Source: Basidiobolus meristosporus CBS 931.73 (lineage: Eukaryota > Fungi > Basidiobolomycota). From it: DNA of 64,000 bases. The position numbers and the translations under genes are program-made. The stretch spans positions 1-64,000 of the forward strand of contig MCFE01000446.1 in assembly GCA_002104905.1 (NCBI GenBank), read 5' to 3'. Below are positions 45,722 to 59,446 of this stretch, piece after piece (the first letter of the stretch is position 1; each line of letters starts with the position of its first letter). Under the pieces are notes generated by a model that had not been told where the DNA came from, searched no databases, and saw only the letters and a program-made list of their open reading frames with translations.

Positions 45722-47520
45722 CTTTATGAGAAATAATTGTAATAATCTAGTCAAAAAACCATCACAAAGTTAAAATCCAGTGACTAAGAGGTATTGATCC
45801 TGTCAGGACACTGTGCACAGACTTTAAAAAATAATTGCACCCCAGATTTCACAAAAAACTTGGTCAACATTTTTCATCACAACAATACACAATTGGCTTT
45901 TGATTGGTTCCTTGCCATTTCTCTCACTTTCTGACCCCAGACACTGAGTTACCTCCTATGTTTGTGTACATTGATTGGCAATTGCCTCTTTTGCACACTC
46001 ATTTCTCATCACTTAACCAATGCACTTACTTTTCATGCATACAAACTGATTTATTTCAATTCAATAGTCAGGTTTACTTCCGCTGAAGCTTCAGTTGTAC
46101 CTCAATTGCCAATTGTACTGACCTATACAAGTCCTTATACCCAACACCAACATTAGGCCCAACCTCATACTCAACAAGCAACTCCATTAAAATCCACCAC
46201 TCAAAAAGTATATCTGCTGTAGCACCTTATTTGCATTACTTTGGCAGGAACCCTATGGCTTTATGCTACTGTTCAATCACTTCTTGGCTTAGCCAATACT
46301 CTTACTTTTCATGCATGTAAATTGGTTCATTATGGTTGAATCTTTTGTTTTGACTCAATTGCAACTGCACTGTCCTATACAAGTCCCTTTAGCAAACACT
46401 AGTGTTAAGCCCAACCGCACACTTAGCAAGTAACTACATTAGGATCACCTATCCAATAAGTATTTCTGCTGTAAGACCCTTGATCCATGACTTTGGTGGG
46501 AACCATATGGCTTTATCCCATTATCCACTTACTGGTTCCCATATATCCTGGTCTTCAGCAGGCACTACAGAGTCAAGCACCTCATCTGCCAGTCTTTGCA
46601 ATAAGCCCTTGCAATACTTAGGTGCATTTTCTTGTGCACTGCTCTGGAAGAAGTGCTGCAATCTCTTGGTGTGCCTATTGATGTTCTGAAATTCCACTGT
46701 AGGCAATGTGAAAGTCTTCTGAGCTCTTGGTGCTGTTGCTTTGTCATTCAGTGGGATCTCCACTCTGTCTACAATGAAGGATGTGGAGGCTGCAGAAGAC
46801 AAATTGCCTTTCACTGCAAACTCATCTACCTCACTGAAGTGTTGCTCCACTGACGGTGCTTCCAACTGATGTTAAAACAGCTGTTTGTGTCTTGGTAGTT
46901 CTTCTTGGCTATGATGTGATTCAGACTGTTCCAGGCTTACAGCATTCATTGGTGAGAACTACAGCTTTTCTCTCATGCTTCTCTATCTCTGAACTTGGTA
47001 GACTTTTTCCTCTTTACCTTTACCTTTATTACTCTAATGTCATTCACTGCTGATTTAACTGAGTGCTTTGAGTACTGTACTACATTTTCTACTTGTTACA
47101 TACTGCACTGGTGCATCTGCATCTGCCAGCATGTCCCTCACCATAACTTCTCTGGTTACCTGATATTTCTTTGCCACTTTCTCAGCACTTAGCCCTGCTT
47201 GCAATGGAATCTTGGGGAAGCTGCTAGTTTTAGCTATGGAACCCTTTTACTTCTGCCTTTGATAGTTCCTGTTATTCTTAAGATACTTTCCTAGCATATC
47301 AATGCTAGCCCAAAATCTGTTTGCTGGTATAAGTCCAGGATAATGCACATGGTACAGATCAAGCACATTCTGCCCAGCCTTGAGTTCCTGATGGTCTCAA
47401 TGTATGCAGCCTCAAGGGGAAGGCATTCTAGGCTTTTTACAGCCTCTTGGATATTAGCCTGCTCTTGGTCATTGCTCTCAACAGCCCACAGATCTTCATT
47501 AACTTGTGATTTTGGGCTTT
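45722..47520. mobile_element. Left arm (decayed TIR plus accessory ORF on minus strand) of a Tnp2/CACTA-like family member
   Basis: Begins CTTTATGAGAAATAATTG (vs CCCTATGAAAAATTACTG) and is colinear with ~53224-54960. Confidence 0.75.
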
Positions 47521-48024
47521 GGTATAGGTACCACAGACTCTCCCACCCTTACTTTGTTAGGTTTTTTTGTGGTCTTCATCTTTGGTGTTGTACTTCAACA
47601 TCTAAAACTTGGCCAATTTTACTCTTTTAGAAATTTTAGTACCCTGACTGATTTTCCTTAACCCAAACATACCTAATCTGTTGTGTTGTATTATAATTAG
47701 CTTGGGGCTTGTTCAACAATGTAGCGGCTTATTAACAATATATTACAACTTCCAGTATGCCTATACTGAAATGGTTTACTGGGAGTCTGATATACCAATA
47801 GAAGATATAACTTTCACTAGTATCCTCAATCTTAGGCTCAAAATATACTGTAGGCAGTGTTTCTCACTTGTACAGCAGTGTTCTGACCTTCTATTGACTA
47901 TTGGGCCTATTTACTTTTATAGTAACCTTTTCTTATCTGGAAGTCACTTTCCTAGCTGAGAGAACTATTACTAATCTGGAAATTCTGAACTCCACTTCAA
48001 CCTAGCATGGTGTGGTGTAGAACT

Positions 48025-48245
48025 CTTTAAAGAGGTCTTTACACCTAAAGGGGTGTCTAAAGGGGTGTCTTTAGAGTAAAGGGGCTTCTTACAGTGGTCT
48101 CCAAAGTGGTCTTTACACTAAAGGGGTACCCAAGGGGGCTGCTTTAGGGTAAGGGGTTCTTAAAGGGGTCTCTAAGGGGGTGATTAGACTAAAGGGGTGT
48201 CTCAAGGGTTATCTTTAGAGTAAAGGGGTTTCTCAGAGGGGCCTT
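48025..48245. repeat. Higher-order G-tract tandem repeat (~70 bp x3, built of short TAAAGGGGT-like monomers)
   Basis: Visible repetition of taaagggg and of gtcttta(c/g)a at ~70 bp period. Confidence 0.8.
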
Positions 48246-48560
48246 TCTGACAGAAAAGCGGTAGTTATCTTGTAGAACTTAGATTGGATTTTTGTGAGCT
48301 TTGCAGTTCCTTTACTGATGTAGTACCAATCAAAGTCAGAATACTAAGCAGTGCAAGTGATACAGGGGAAGTCTTATAACCTTTAAACTTGTAATCCTAG
48401 TATGGAGATTCTGGAAAAGATGCTCTCCTTTATTTTTCAGCTGGGCAAGACATATATAAAGTTCTGAAGGATCAAAGTTTCTGGACTATTGCGCAAGCAA
48501 TACACCTGATACAAAGCTATAACTTTGCAGCAGCGCAGATCTAACATAGGCAAGCACCAC

Positions 48561-49364
48561 TGTGGTAGGGTAAACATACCTCCCACAGACAAGTTTATTC
48601 ATATAGTCATTATGATATATTTATCCATATTTTATCTTATCAGTATTATCCCATTCTTCTTCTGCCCATATTATCAGTATTATCCCCATATGATGTTTAC
48701 CCTGATTAGTTATTAGCATTAGTTATCCCAGATGTTATTCAGCTTTGTGATCAGTAGATGTATCTATATAAGGCAAGTACCCGCGTCAGTACCTGTGACA
48801 CATGACCTAGGTCTGTGTTACCATCCCTACCATTTCAATACCATATATGGTATTTCTATGTTGTACAGGTTTCAGACTACTGATTCCTGATTGGTTGAGA
48901 GTGCTGTGCCTTTTAGAACCTTCCAGGACATTCTTGGCATATTTTTAGCACATAGTGATGTCATCAGGAATTCCACTGATACATAGAATCTTCTAGAACC
49001 ATGTCATTAGTAATCACTTGGCAATCAGGAAAAGTATTTAAGGGAAAGCAATCCCTCATCAATAAATCATCCCTTCTATCAGTAACACTTCTACCTTATT
49101 GATTAGCAGTTGATCACTGCACCTGCCTTCAACAGTACATCTCAGACCTGCCATCAAGGAGCTTTTCAGGGTAGTGCACAAGACACACAGAGGCCTTTGG
49201 AGACACTTGGAGCACCTAGGAAGCTAGAGAAGCAGGAGTTTTTACCATAGTGACATATTGACAAAGACACCAGCAGTTTAGACACAGAGGTTATTGCACC
49301 CATCAGACACCTCACACACCTTGAGTTGTGTAGCTTCTCCCAGGAGTACCTCTACACCACCACA
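48561..49364 (+). mobile_element. Solo LTR (804 bp)
   Basis: TGTGGTAGGG...TACACCACCACA ends; near-TSD ccac/ccgc; core shared with 58376-59446; AATAAA at ~49040. Confidence 0.85.
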
Positions 49365-50348
49365 CCGCCAAGAATATCACATGCTTTGATTGGCTGGCTT
49401 AAAAGTTACAAGTAATCAAAGTAACCACAGTAATCCTAGTAATAGAGGCCTGGTTTACATGGTAATTCAACTCTTTTGATCATAACTCCTTGAGTACTGC
49501 TACAAATAGGCTGTAATTTGAAAAATGTGTTGGCTATGAAGTGTTCTGCATGACATAATATTCTTGGGTGGATTGCTTGTCAGGGTCTTGAGCTTTTGTC
49601 CTTCAAAGTAGGAATTTCTTGATCATTTATTTATGTGTTACTGTAGCAAAAGCAAAATAAAGAAATGAGTGCCTTATTGGGTTTGGGATATTGTAGTAAT
49701 GGAATACTTTGCAAATCTGTTGTAGTTTCCACCCAAGCCTAGCAAATCTTGTACTCCCAAGAAGATTAATCCTAACCTACATAGCAAACCAACTCTGTTG
49801 CCTTTATAGCTAAACCCAGCTGTATACACACCAATATTAGACCAGAATCTCCCTGCTAATATTTCTGCCACACTCTGACAATTCTAGGATTCTGCATTTA
49901 TATGCCCCTTTGGTTCAGTTAAGCCATTCAGGAGTCTTATTACACTTTTCTCTTTGATACAACATTTCTTGTTGAATTCTGCTACATTCAACCATTTTAC
50001 AGGATATCCTGAGCAGTAAGCAATCCACATCTTTCTATGTTGGAAGAAAGCCAAAGAGATCAGGAAGAACTGACTGAACAGCTTGAAAGCATCATGCTTG
50101 AATGAAACACCTTGATGCTTGAGCACTCAAAGCTTGACAAGACAAGATCTGACAATTATTATAGAGATGAACTCCCTGAGTTATATCCTGTTAGCAGGAA
50201 AAAACTGGGATGATCAAAGAAGCTCTGAAGAATGTGGCCATAGTAATTGACAGCATTGAAAATCTGCCAAGCCTTACTCAGTAGCAGCCACCAAGTAATC
50301 ATGCCTTTGGATCCTCCAGACCTACATCTCCTGCTAAACCTGCCCCAG

Positions 50349-50857
50349 TGTGGTGGTGTATATATCCAAGGGAGAGTTATGTCCAACACTTCTTTAGTGT
50401 TTTGTATATGGGGTGCTCACTAGGTGGATAGCATCTGGCAAAACCTTGCTAGGAATACTTGGGTTCTGTCATGACTCCAATGTGAAGGGGAATAAAGCCA
50501 CAAGATTGTCAAGGGAAAACTATTGAGCTACAGTCCCCAACTTAGTTTGCATCCTGACAAAAGTATGTGCCAAATTCAGCATCTGTTGATATGACAATGT
50601 AATAAAGCTTCCAAAGTCAAAACAACAGTAAACTCCACCAGCAGGGACTTGACAAGAATGCAGCTATGGTTCATATTTTTAATGACAAAAAAGTATTTTT
50701 GCCTGTCAAAGAACAAACTTGGAAAATATCAAATAAAATAAAAGATACCTACTCTGAGTACTCACAGGTAGTGCCTCCATAGTCAAGTTGCTGTCAGAGC
50801 AGTTTCCTGGAAGTGTCCTGTGGTCTAGGATTGGAATATCAGGTAGTGGCAGGTAGC
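50349..50857 (-). mobile_element. Inverted 3' half of an LTR, truncated by a DNA-transposon end
   Basis: Reverse complement of ~58930-59446, starting TGTGGTGGTGTATA. Confidence 0.85.
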
Positions 50858-52580
50858 CCCTGTGAAAACTAATTTGGTCCTGCAGGTGGATCCAATCTGG
50901 ATCAGCCGTCAGGATCCCATTTGGAGACCATCATAATACCAGCAGCTTGCTATTAATGACCCTCTTAACAATTTTATGACAGGATCACAACGGCAATTGG
51001 CAAATTTTACTACCCAATAAAGTTAAAAAACTTGATGGGGTTTGATTGGTGCTGTGGCAATATTTGAATGGCATTGTTGCAGTCTTATTGCACTCAACAA
51101 CTATTTTAAATGGATCTAACTGGCTAGTACATCCAGTTGCATTATATGGCAAAAAATGTGACTGTGTTTTAACAGCCTCATTGCAAGTCTTTATTTGCAT
51201 TATCATGGCAGTATTACAGCCAAAAGCTAGTTCTGTATAATGTTACCATACCATTTCACCAGGTGTTATTCCCTTTTTCCACCTCCCCTTGCACAACTCA
51301 TATATTCCATTGTAGAGTAGCCCCTGTTTATTTGCTAACCCACTATACCTTGGTTATCCCACATATAGTTCAAATCAAAAAAAACTATGGCCTCCTGCTT
51401 ACAATCCTCTACAAACACACACACCTGCCGCAATTGACATACTTCTATCACCTCAACTTTACGGCTTTTTGGTGTGATACTTGCAAAGTTGCCGTATACC
51501 TTGGACTGCTGGTAACATATACATATCGCAAACATATGCTTGGTTGCCACCACTTCTGCCATGGATACCTCCTGAATATTTGCAAAGAACTTTTTGGTAT
51601 TTAGCCAATATACTCCTTCTCCCTACTAGATTCTAGTCCCCCTTATAGGTGTGCTCTGGCTCTTGTTTGTGCATATTCTGTGTAGAATGGTGCAGAATTG
51701 TCTTATGACCAAGAGAAGCCCAGCCTACTTTGGTAGATGCTTTCCTAATAGAAATTAGTTGCTTGATGCACCAAACCCAGCTTTGCATTGCTTAACTGAT
51801 TACCCACTTGTTGGGGCTGCTTAGCTTCTTAATTCCATAGGCATAGGTGTTGCCATGTGCACATCTGTCCTCAGTATTTTCCACCACTTCCTGGCTGTCC
51901 TCAATGTACCAACTCATCACATCCATCACAGAACATGAAGGTAATATTCTTGATGAGATTGGGATATGGTAATACCTGCAACTTGACTTTTCTCCCTATC
52001 TCCCCACACATTTGCTCCATAGGAAACTCCCAAAAGGTGAAGCAAGGCACAATACTCTCCACACACCAAGCAAGAGGGAGTAGAGAATGGATACAGTAGC
52101 GGCAGAGATCTACATGTTCAGCTTTATGTTTGTAGTATAGCCACTCAAATCCTGTTACAAACTCCTTGCACAACATTTGTAGATTGAGTCAAGTTGACAT
52201 TGGTGATCTGCTTCTGGATAAATATTCCTACAATGTCCACATATGACTCCCAATGCTTCCAATGTACTCCTGGTAGGAATGGCTTCACAATGTACTTTAA
52301 TAAATACATATCTGGCTCATCCGGTCTTTGCATTTGTATTGTTGCATATGTGTATGAATATTGATTGGAGCCTGTGAGAAGTACTTAGGGTAGCAGATAC
52401 TCCGTAAAATCTTGCCAATTCTTTCAAACTTCTCTAGTATCTCAAAGGGCTCATATAGCTTGAAATGCCCCATGTACAATTTGGTCATCAGCAGAGGGAT
52501 ATTATTGAAAAGCAAATGCATTGCTCCCAGTGGAAAACATTTGCTCCAACAGATACCCTCTATCTTAAGTATCTCCACAC
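50858..52580 (-). mobile_element. Right half of the Tnp2/CACTA-like transposon, inverted, without the LTR insertion
   Basis: CCCTGTGAAAA terminus at 50858; transposase motifs LPLGAMHLLFNNI and GPCFTFWEFPME on the minus strand; shows the empty site ggtatacggcaact. Confidence 0.88.
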
Positions 52581-53259
52581 ACTATCTGAGACTATAGGCG
52601 CTTTCTATAGATTTTACTTTAGGGGTAATATTCAAACACAGTGCCTGATAGTGCCAGTAGACCCAGATAGTGCCATACATTTTTGTGACATGTTACAAGC
52701 CGCAGAAGCTAGATTCAGAGTGCCATGGGTATTGAGTGCCAGATGCACTTCTTCACTCCTTCTGTGCTCTTACCCATTATGCACAATACTGATCCCAAAA
52801 AAAAGGCAAAAAATGGGCTTTATCCAGTACAATGGGTGAAACACCAGGGCTGTTTTGCCTGAAAATGAACAACATTTTTCACACAGTGGGGCCAAGTATC
52901 AGTCCACTTGGCCTCCTTGGCACACCAAGGCATCATATGGCTCTCATGGCTGAATAAGGCACTATCCAGTGGAAGAAGTCTAATATCTATGTGCTTAGTT
53001 CTAGCATGAAAAGTTGGATTTCTACCTAATTGTATACATCCTTGATTATCTTGAAATGGAGTAATAGGCATTTTTTTGACATAGGCCTAAATCTGTTAAA
53101 AGCCTCCCTATTCACATTGCTTCTTTTGTAGCTTCACAGGCTGCCATATACTCTGCCTCTGTGGTAGAAAGTGCTACAGTTGGTGGCTTTCTTGAATTCC
53201 ATGAAACTGCTCCTTTACAGTAACCCTATGAAAAATTACTGTAATGATCCTGTCAAAAG

Positions 53260-55163
53260 GCAGTCACAAAGTTAGAGTCCCGTGACTATGAGATACTGAT
53301 CCTGTCAGGACATTGTCCAGAGACTGCTGAAAATAATTGCACCTCAGATTTTACAAAAAACTTGGTCAACATTTTTGATCACAACAATGTATAGGTGTCT
53401 TTGATTGGTTCACTCCCAATTTGCTCACTATCTGATCCCAGACACTCTATCACCTCCTATATTTGTGTGCATTGATTGGCTATTGCCTCTTTTCACACTA
53501 CTTGCTTCCTGACTTAGCTGTTTCTCTTACTTTTCACACGCACAAATTGATTTATTTCCTTTGAAACTTCAGTTGTACCTCAGTAGCCAATTGTATTGAC
53601 CTATACAAGTCCCTATACCCTACACTAGTATTAAGCCCAGCCCCATACTCCACAAGTAACTCCTTTAAAATCCACCACTTAATTAGTATATCTGCTGTGA
53701 CGCTCTGTTTCCACAACTTTGATGGGAACCCAACAGCTTTATGCCACTGTTCATTCACTGGTTCCCACATGTCCTAGTCTTCAGCCAGCACTGCAAGGTC
53801 TAGCATCTCATCTGCCAGTCTTTGCAATAAATCCTTGCAATATTCAAGTGAGTTTTCTTGAGCACAGCTTGTGAAGAAGCTCTGCAACCTCTTGGTGTGC
53901 CTATAAATGTTCCAAAGTTCCACTGAAGGCATTGTGATAGTTTTTTGAGTTCTTGACATTGTAGCCTTGTCTGTCAGTGGGATCTATACTCTGTCTACAA
54001 TGGAGGATGTGGAAACTGTGGTAGACAAATTGCCTTTTTCAGCAAACTCATCTACCTTGCTGGAGTGTAGGGCAGCTAGCTGTGCTTCCAACTCTTGTGA
54101 AAACAGTTGTTTACTTGTTGGTAATTCTTCTTGGCTATGAAAGGATTCAGTCTGTCCCAGGCTTGCAGCATTAATTAGAATACCTGCAGTTTTTTTGCAT
54201 GCCTCCCTGACTCAGGCTTGTGTAGACATTTTTCCCTTTACCTTTTCCATTATCACTGCCAGGTCTTTCACTGCTACATTGTCTGAGTGCTTCTTGTAAT
54301 GTACTACATTTTCTCCTTGATAAATTCTGTGCTGACATATCTGTTTTGGCCTGCTTGTCCTTTGCTGGCACTCTTCTGGAGACCTGATGATTCTTTTCCA
54401 CTGATTTCAAGCTCTCAACTGTAGTAGTAGCAGGCTCCTGTAAAAGCCGCTGGTTTTTAACACTGCCAGGTCCTTCACTGCTACGTTGACTGAGTGCTTC
54501 TTGAGGGATACTATGCTTTTCCTTGATGAATGTTGTGCTGGTGCATCTGTGTCTGCCTGCTTGTCCCTAATGGGCACTCTTCTAGCTACCTGACATCTCT
54601 TTGATGTTTGTCTGGAGCTTTTGGCTCTGCTTGTAACAGGCTCTTGAGGAAGCCGCTGGTTTTTAGCCATGGCACCTTTGTTCTTCTGCCTTTGATAGTT
54701 TCTGCTATTCCTGAGATACTTTCTTAGCATACCAATACTGGCCAAAAATCCATTTGCCTGTTTGAATCCAGGAATAATGCTCATGGAACAAGTCAAGTGC
54801 ATTCCACCTGGCCTTGAGTTCCTGATGGTTCCATGGTATGCCAGCCTTAAGGTGATGGTGTGCTAGACTTCTAACAGCCTCCTGAATATTGGCCCACTCT
54901 GCATTATTGCACTCAATGGCTTCACAGATCTTCAATGTCTTTTGATTTTTAGACTTTGGTGTAAACACCACATTGTCTCCTTCCCACACTGTGATAGGTC
55001 TTTCTGTGTGCTTTATCTTTGAGCACTGTTGTTGTGCTTCAAAGACTGTATAATGTTCCTCTGCTGTTACATTGGGTAGCAGCTCAAATCTTGGCTGTGA
55101 CATTGAGCTACTTGAGTTCCTTCTTTGCATCAAAGATACCGCTTTCTCTACCTGGAATATCAA
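53260..55163 (-). pseudogene. Accessory ORF of the DNA transposon, divergent from the transposase
   Basis: Broken frames ..VRSLAHHHLKAGIPWNHQ..KW.. and RHTKRLQSFF..LQRLADE..; conserved in the 45.7-47.5 kb copy. Confidence 0.65.
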
Positions 55164-55840
55164 TAGCTCTATATGTATTATCCACTCATCCTATTTCTGG
55201 ACTATTTCCTGATTTCTCTGGGCCTTTGCATCCTATCCTATCAGCCACTGCACCTAATTGCTTCATTAGTGCTTTGGCATGAGCTGACAATATACTTGCT
55301 AATATGGATGGTGGTGACATTATGATAGCCACTTGCTGGTCTCCACTTAGTGTACTGCATTTGCTACACTTGCACCTGCCTTAGCATAACAGTCTGCTTG
55401 TGGCTCCACAGAGGTTCTCAATTACCTACTTGACTGAGAGCCTGAGCAGTCCGCATTATCAACTTCAGTGGGCACACTGCCAACATGGCCTTTTTTGGAT
55501 GTAGCCCTACTTGTTGCACTGAATATCAAAGCAAGCTGTTGTCCAACCATTGTTCTGTTGCCATCAGCAGTGGGGCTTGGTTGGGAACCAGACAACTTTG
55601 CTTTATTTTTGGGTGGTATATATCTGGAAGTGAGTCAAACCAAAGAGGAAATAGTGTATATATACACATGTATGTGGTGCCACAACTTTATTTATAATGC
55701 ATACTATGGTGAGTTGTCATTGAATCTAACATTAATGTAGGTGCAATGTCTCAAGTACAAGACTTTCTTAAATTCACAAGAGTATTGACCAAAAAGTGAT
55801 ATAAAAGTGTTATGTTGTTGAAGGTCAAATTGCTTGCCCC

Positions 55841-58300
55841 ATGAACAAGACTACTTTGACTCAATGCCATAAGAGAAGAGAAAAAAGACCATGCGGCTAT
55901 TGTAACAAGCTACTCAGCCATGAAGCATGCAGACAGCATAGGAAGTATTACAAGAATCATGGGCAGTGTATTGCTATCCAAGTCATATTTGACCATTCAT
56001 TGATCACTACTGTACCAACATTATCTTGCCGGCCAGTTAATACTTCTATATGGGTACCTGGCCATCTTTGTCACCTTGAGCAAACTGAATCAGGTGAGTA
56101 TGCAACCCCTTTAGGCTTGCCTTAGCCTTCTGAATATGGCACACAGAGTGATAGCTCTGACAAAGAAGGTTCACTGATGGATTGCGAGCCTATCTCCCCT
56201 AACAGCAGTACCATGTATGAGCTTGGTCAAATCCTAATATGCAATGAGACAACACCCATTGAAATAAATGCCAAGAATACTTTATGGAGCCAAGTGAGCC
56301 CAGTAATCCATCTACTGGTGAATGATGTAGTGTTGTGGCTAGAGTAGTGGCGTGTTTCCACTAATGTTAGTTATGGGGGCTTGGAGGATATATTGCTACT
56401 TCTTGCCAAAATCATTCCAGGATGCAACTTACCATGTACATGATACAAATGGACAACTGTCATGTGGCTGACAACATAAGATCCTGAGACTGTCCTGATT
56501 CCAGCATGTGGTAACGGTGACATGGCATTCACATCTAAAAATGCTATCATTGCAATGTGTCCAAATTGTCAGGAATCCACTACCATTGAGGGAAATATTG
56601 TTTGCACCCCAGATATATTCCAGTAATACCCTGTCTGAAGAAGCTTATAAAGTCCAACAAATATTGCAAAGCTATACAGCACTGCACTCAGTAGCAATCA
56701 TGTGCAAACATATCCAATATAATCAATGGCAAACATTTCAAACAGCTAAGACGCAAGGGCTACACTGAAGGTATGTATGACCATGCCTTTGCCTTAGCTC
56801 CTGATGGATTCTCATTAAGGAAGTACTCTACCAGCAATTCCTGCTGGCCACTGATTCTCATCAATCTGATTATGCCACCCATCTTACAATATCAGAGCAA
56901 TAACCTGATGGTAGTCTCACCAGTATCTGGACCTAAATCTCCATCCAACCTGGATACCTACCTGTATCCATAGCTGGATGAGTTTCATATGCTTTCCAGT
57001 GGGATAACAGTTAGTGGCTGTCAAGTAAAAGTGCATATTATTATCTGCTTTGGAGATACCCCAGCCGTCAGCAAGATAGCAGGTTTTTCCAGGCACAATG
57101 GATGGCATTGCTGTCCAATGTGTGAGATCCAGGGGATTTACTCTATTACTCACACACATTATTGTTACCCAAACATCAGCACTAAGCACATCATCTTTCC
57201 ACAGAGAGAATGTACAAAAGTCAGCATGCAATTGCAGCAAAGTTGACAAGGTATTAGCCATTGGCCAGAATATGGAATCAATCAGAAACCAGCAATACTT
57301 CAAGATAGAGGGTATCTGTTGGAACAAAAGCTTACCACTGGGAGCAATGAATTTGTTTTTCAACAATATCCCTATACTGATGACCATGCTGTACATGGGG
57401 CACTCCAAGCTAAGTGAGCCCTTTGAGATACCAGAGAAACTTGAAAGAATTGACAAGATATTACAGAGTATCTGCTACCCTAATCACTTCACACAGGCTC
57501 CAATCAGTATTCATACACATATGCAACAATGCAAATGCAAAGACTGGATGAACTAGATATGCATTTATTCAAGTGGTGTTCTGAAGCCATTCCTACCAAG
57601 AGTACATTGGAAACATTGGGAGTCATATATGGACATTGTAAGAATATTTATCAAGAGGCAGATCATCAAAGCCAACTTGACACATGTACAACTGTTGTGC
57701 AAGGAGTTTGTAATAGGATTTGAGCGGCTATACTACAAATATAAAGCTGAACATGTAGATCTCTGCTGCTACTGTATCCATTCTCTACTCCATCTTGCAC
57801 AGTGTACAGTGAATATTGGGCCTTGCTACACCTTTTGGGAGTTTCCAATGGAGCCAATGTGTGGGGAGATAGGAAGACAAGTCAAGTTGCAGGTACTCCC
57901 ATATCCCAATACCATTGAGAATACTACCTTCAAGTCCATCATGGATGTGATGAGTTGGCATATGGAGGACAGCCAGGAAGAGCTAGAAAATACTGCTGAC
58001 AAATGTGCACATGGAGACACCTATGTCTATGGCATTAAGAAGCTAAGCAGCCCCAATGAGTGGGTAATCAGTTAATTAGTGCAAAGTTGGATTGGGTGCA
58101 ACAAGCAACTAATTTTTATTAGGAAAACTCTACCAAGATATGCTGGATTTCACTTAGTCACAAGCCAACTTCAACATCATTCAACACAGTGTTCACACAA
58201 ACATGAGCCAGAGCACACCTATAAAGGGGACTAGAATCCAGCAGAGAGAAGGAATATATTGGCTAAATATCAAGATGTTCTTTGCAGATATTCAGGAGGT
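55841..58300 (+). pseudogene. Tnp2/CACTA-like transposase pseudogene
   Basis: N-terminal CGYCNK..RQH; LAPDGF..WPLILINL.MPP..GPKSP.NLDTYLYP; GDTPAVSKIAGF..HNG..CCPMCEIQG; LHLA..IGPCYTFWEFPME. Confidence 0.88.
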
Positions 58301-58375
58301 ATTCACGGCAGAAGTGGTGACAACAAAGCATATGTTTGCAAGATGTATACATTACCAGCAGTCCAAGGTATACGG

Positions 58376-59446
58376 TGTAGTGGGGTGACAGTGACACCCA
58401 CTGACAGATGTGCTCATTCCCTTATTTTCTACTTCCCTATATTGCTACTACACTTATTTTAGTTTTATCCCATTTGTCTTACCCAATCAGTACTATCCCA
58501 TAAGCCGGTTGACTATCACACCTGCTTACCTTATTGCATAAGTTACCCCTCACTTTATGTAAGATTACTAGCTATAAGTACTTCTATATTAGGCAAGTAC
58601 CCACGCTAGTACCCGTGACACATGATCAGCCCGTGTCACCATCCCTACCATTTCCATACCATATATGGTATCCCCATGTTACACAGGTTTCAGAATACTG
58701 ATTCCTGATTGGTTGGATGTGCTGTGCCTCTTAGAACCATCCGGCACCTACTTAGAACATTCTTAGGTCATTCTGATGTCATTAAGATTTCTATTGATCT
58801 CCGGAACCTTCTGGAACACCATGATTAGTAATCACTTAGCCAGTGAGAAAAATATATAAGGGAGGCTATCCCTCAACAATAAATCATCATCCCTTTTATC
58901 AATATACCGACTTGTTGATTAGTGTGATCACTGCTACCTGCTGCTACCTGAACTTCCAACCCTAGACCACAGGACACTCCTAGGAAACCGCGCTGACAGC
59001 CAACTGACCTTGGAGGCACTACTTGTGAGGAATACTCAGAGTAGGTATCTTTTATTATATTTGATTCTTTCCCAAGTTTGTTCTTGTACAGGCAAAGATA
59101 CTTTTCTGTCTTTGTAACTATTGACCACAGCTGCATTCTTATCAAGTCCCTGCTGGTGGAGTTTACAGTTGTTTTGACTTTGGAAGCTTTAGTACATTGT
59201 CATCTCAAAGGACGCTGAACCCAGCACATACTTTTGTTAAGACGCCAACTAAGTTGGGGATTGTAGCTCAATAGTTTTCCCTTGACAAGCTTGTGGCTTT
59301 ATTCCCCTTCACATTAGATTAGAGACAGAACCCAAGTATTCCTAGCAAGCTTTTGCCAGAGGTTATCGCACCCAGTGAACACCCCACACACAAAACACTT
59401 GAGAAGTGTTGGACGTATCTCTCCCTTGGACTTATACACCACCACA
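58376..59446 (+). mobile_element. Solo LTR (1071 bp) with perfect 4-bp TSD ACGG
   Basis: TGTAGTGG...CCACCACA ends; ACGG at 58372-58375 and 59447-59450; TATATAA at ~58854 followed by AATAAA; empty site visible in the 51.5 kb copy. Confidence 0.93.

Noticed and set aside
52600-52975. ttttactttagggg at ~52615 as the missing left TIR of the inverted transposon
   Set aside because: Adjacent sequence does not match the family's left subterminal region and no GGTAGC duplication follows.
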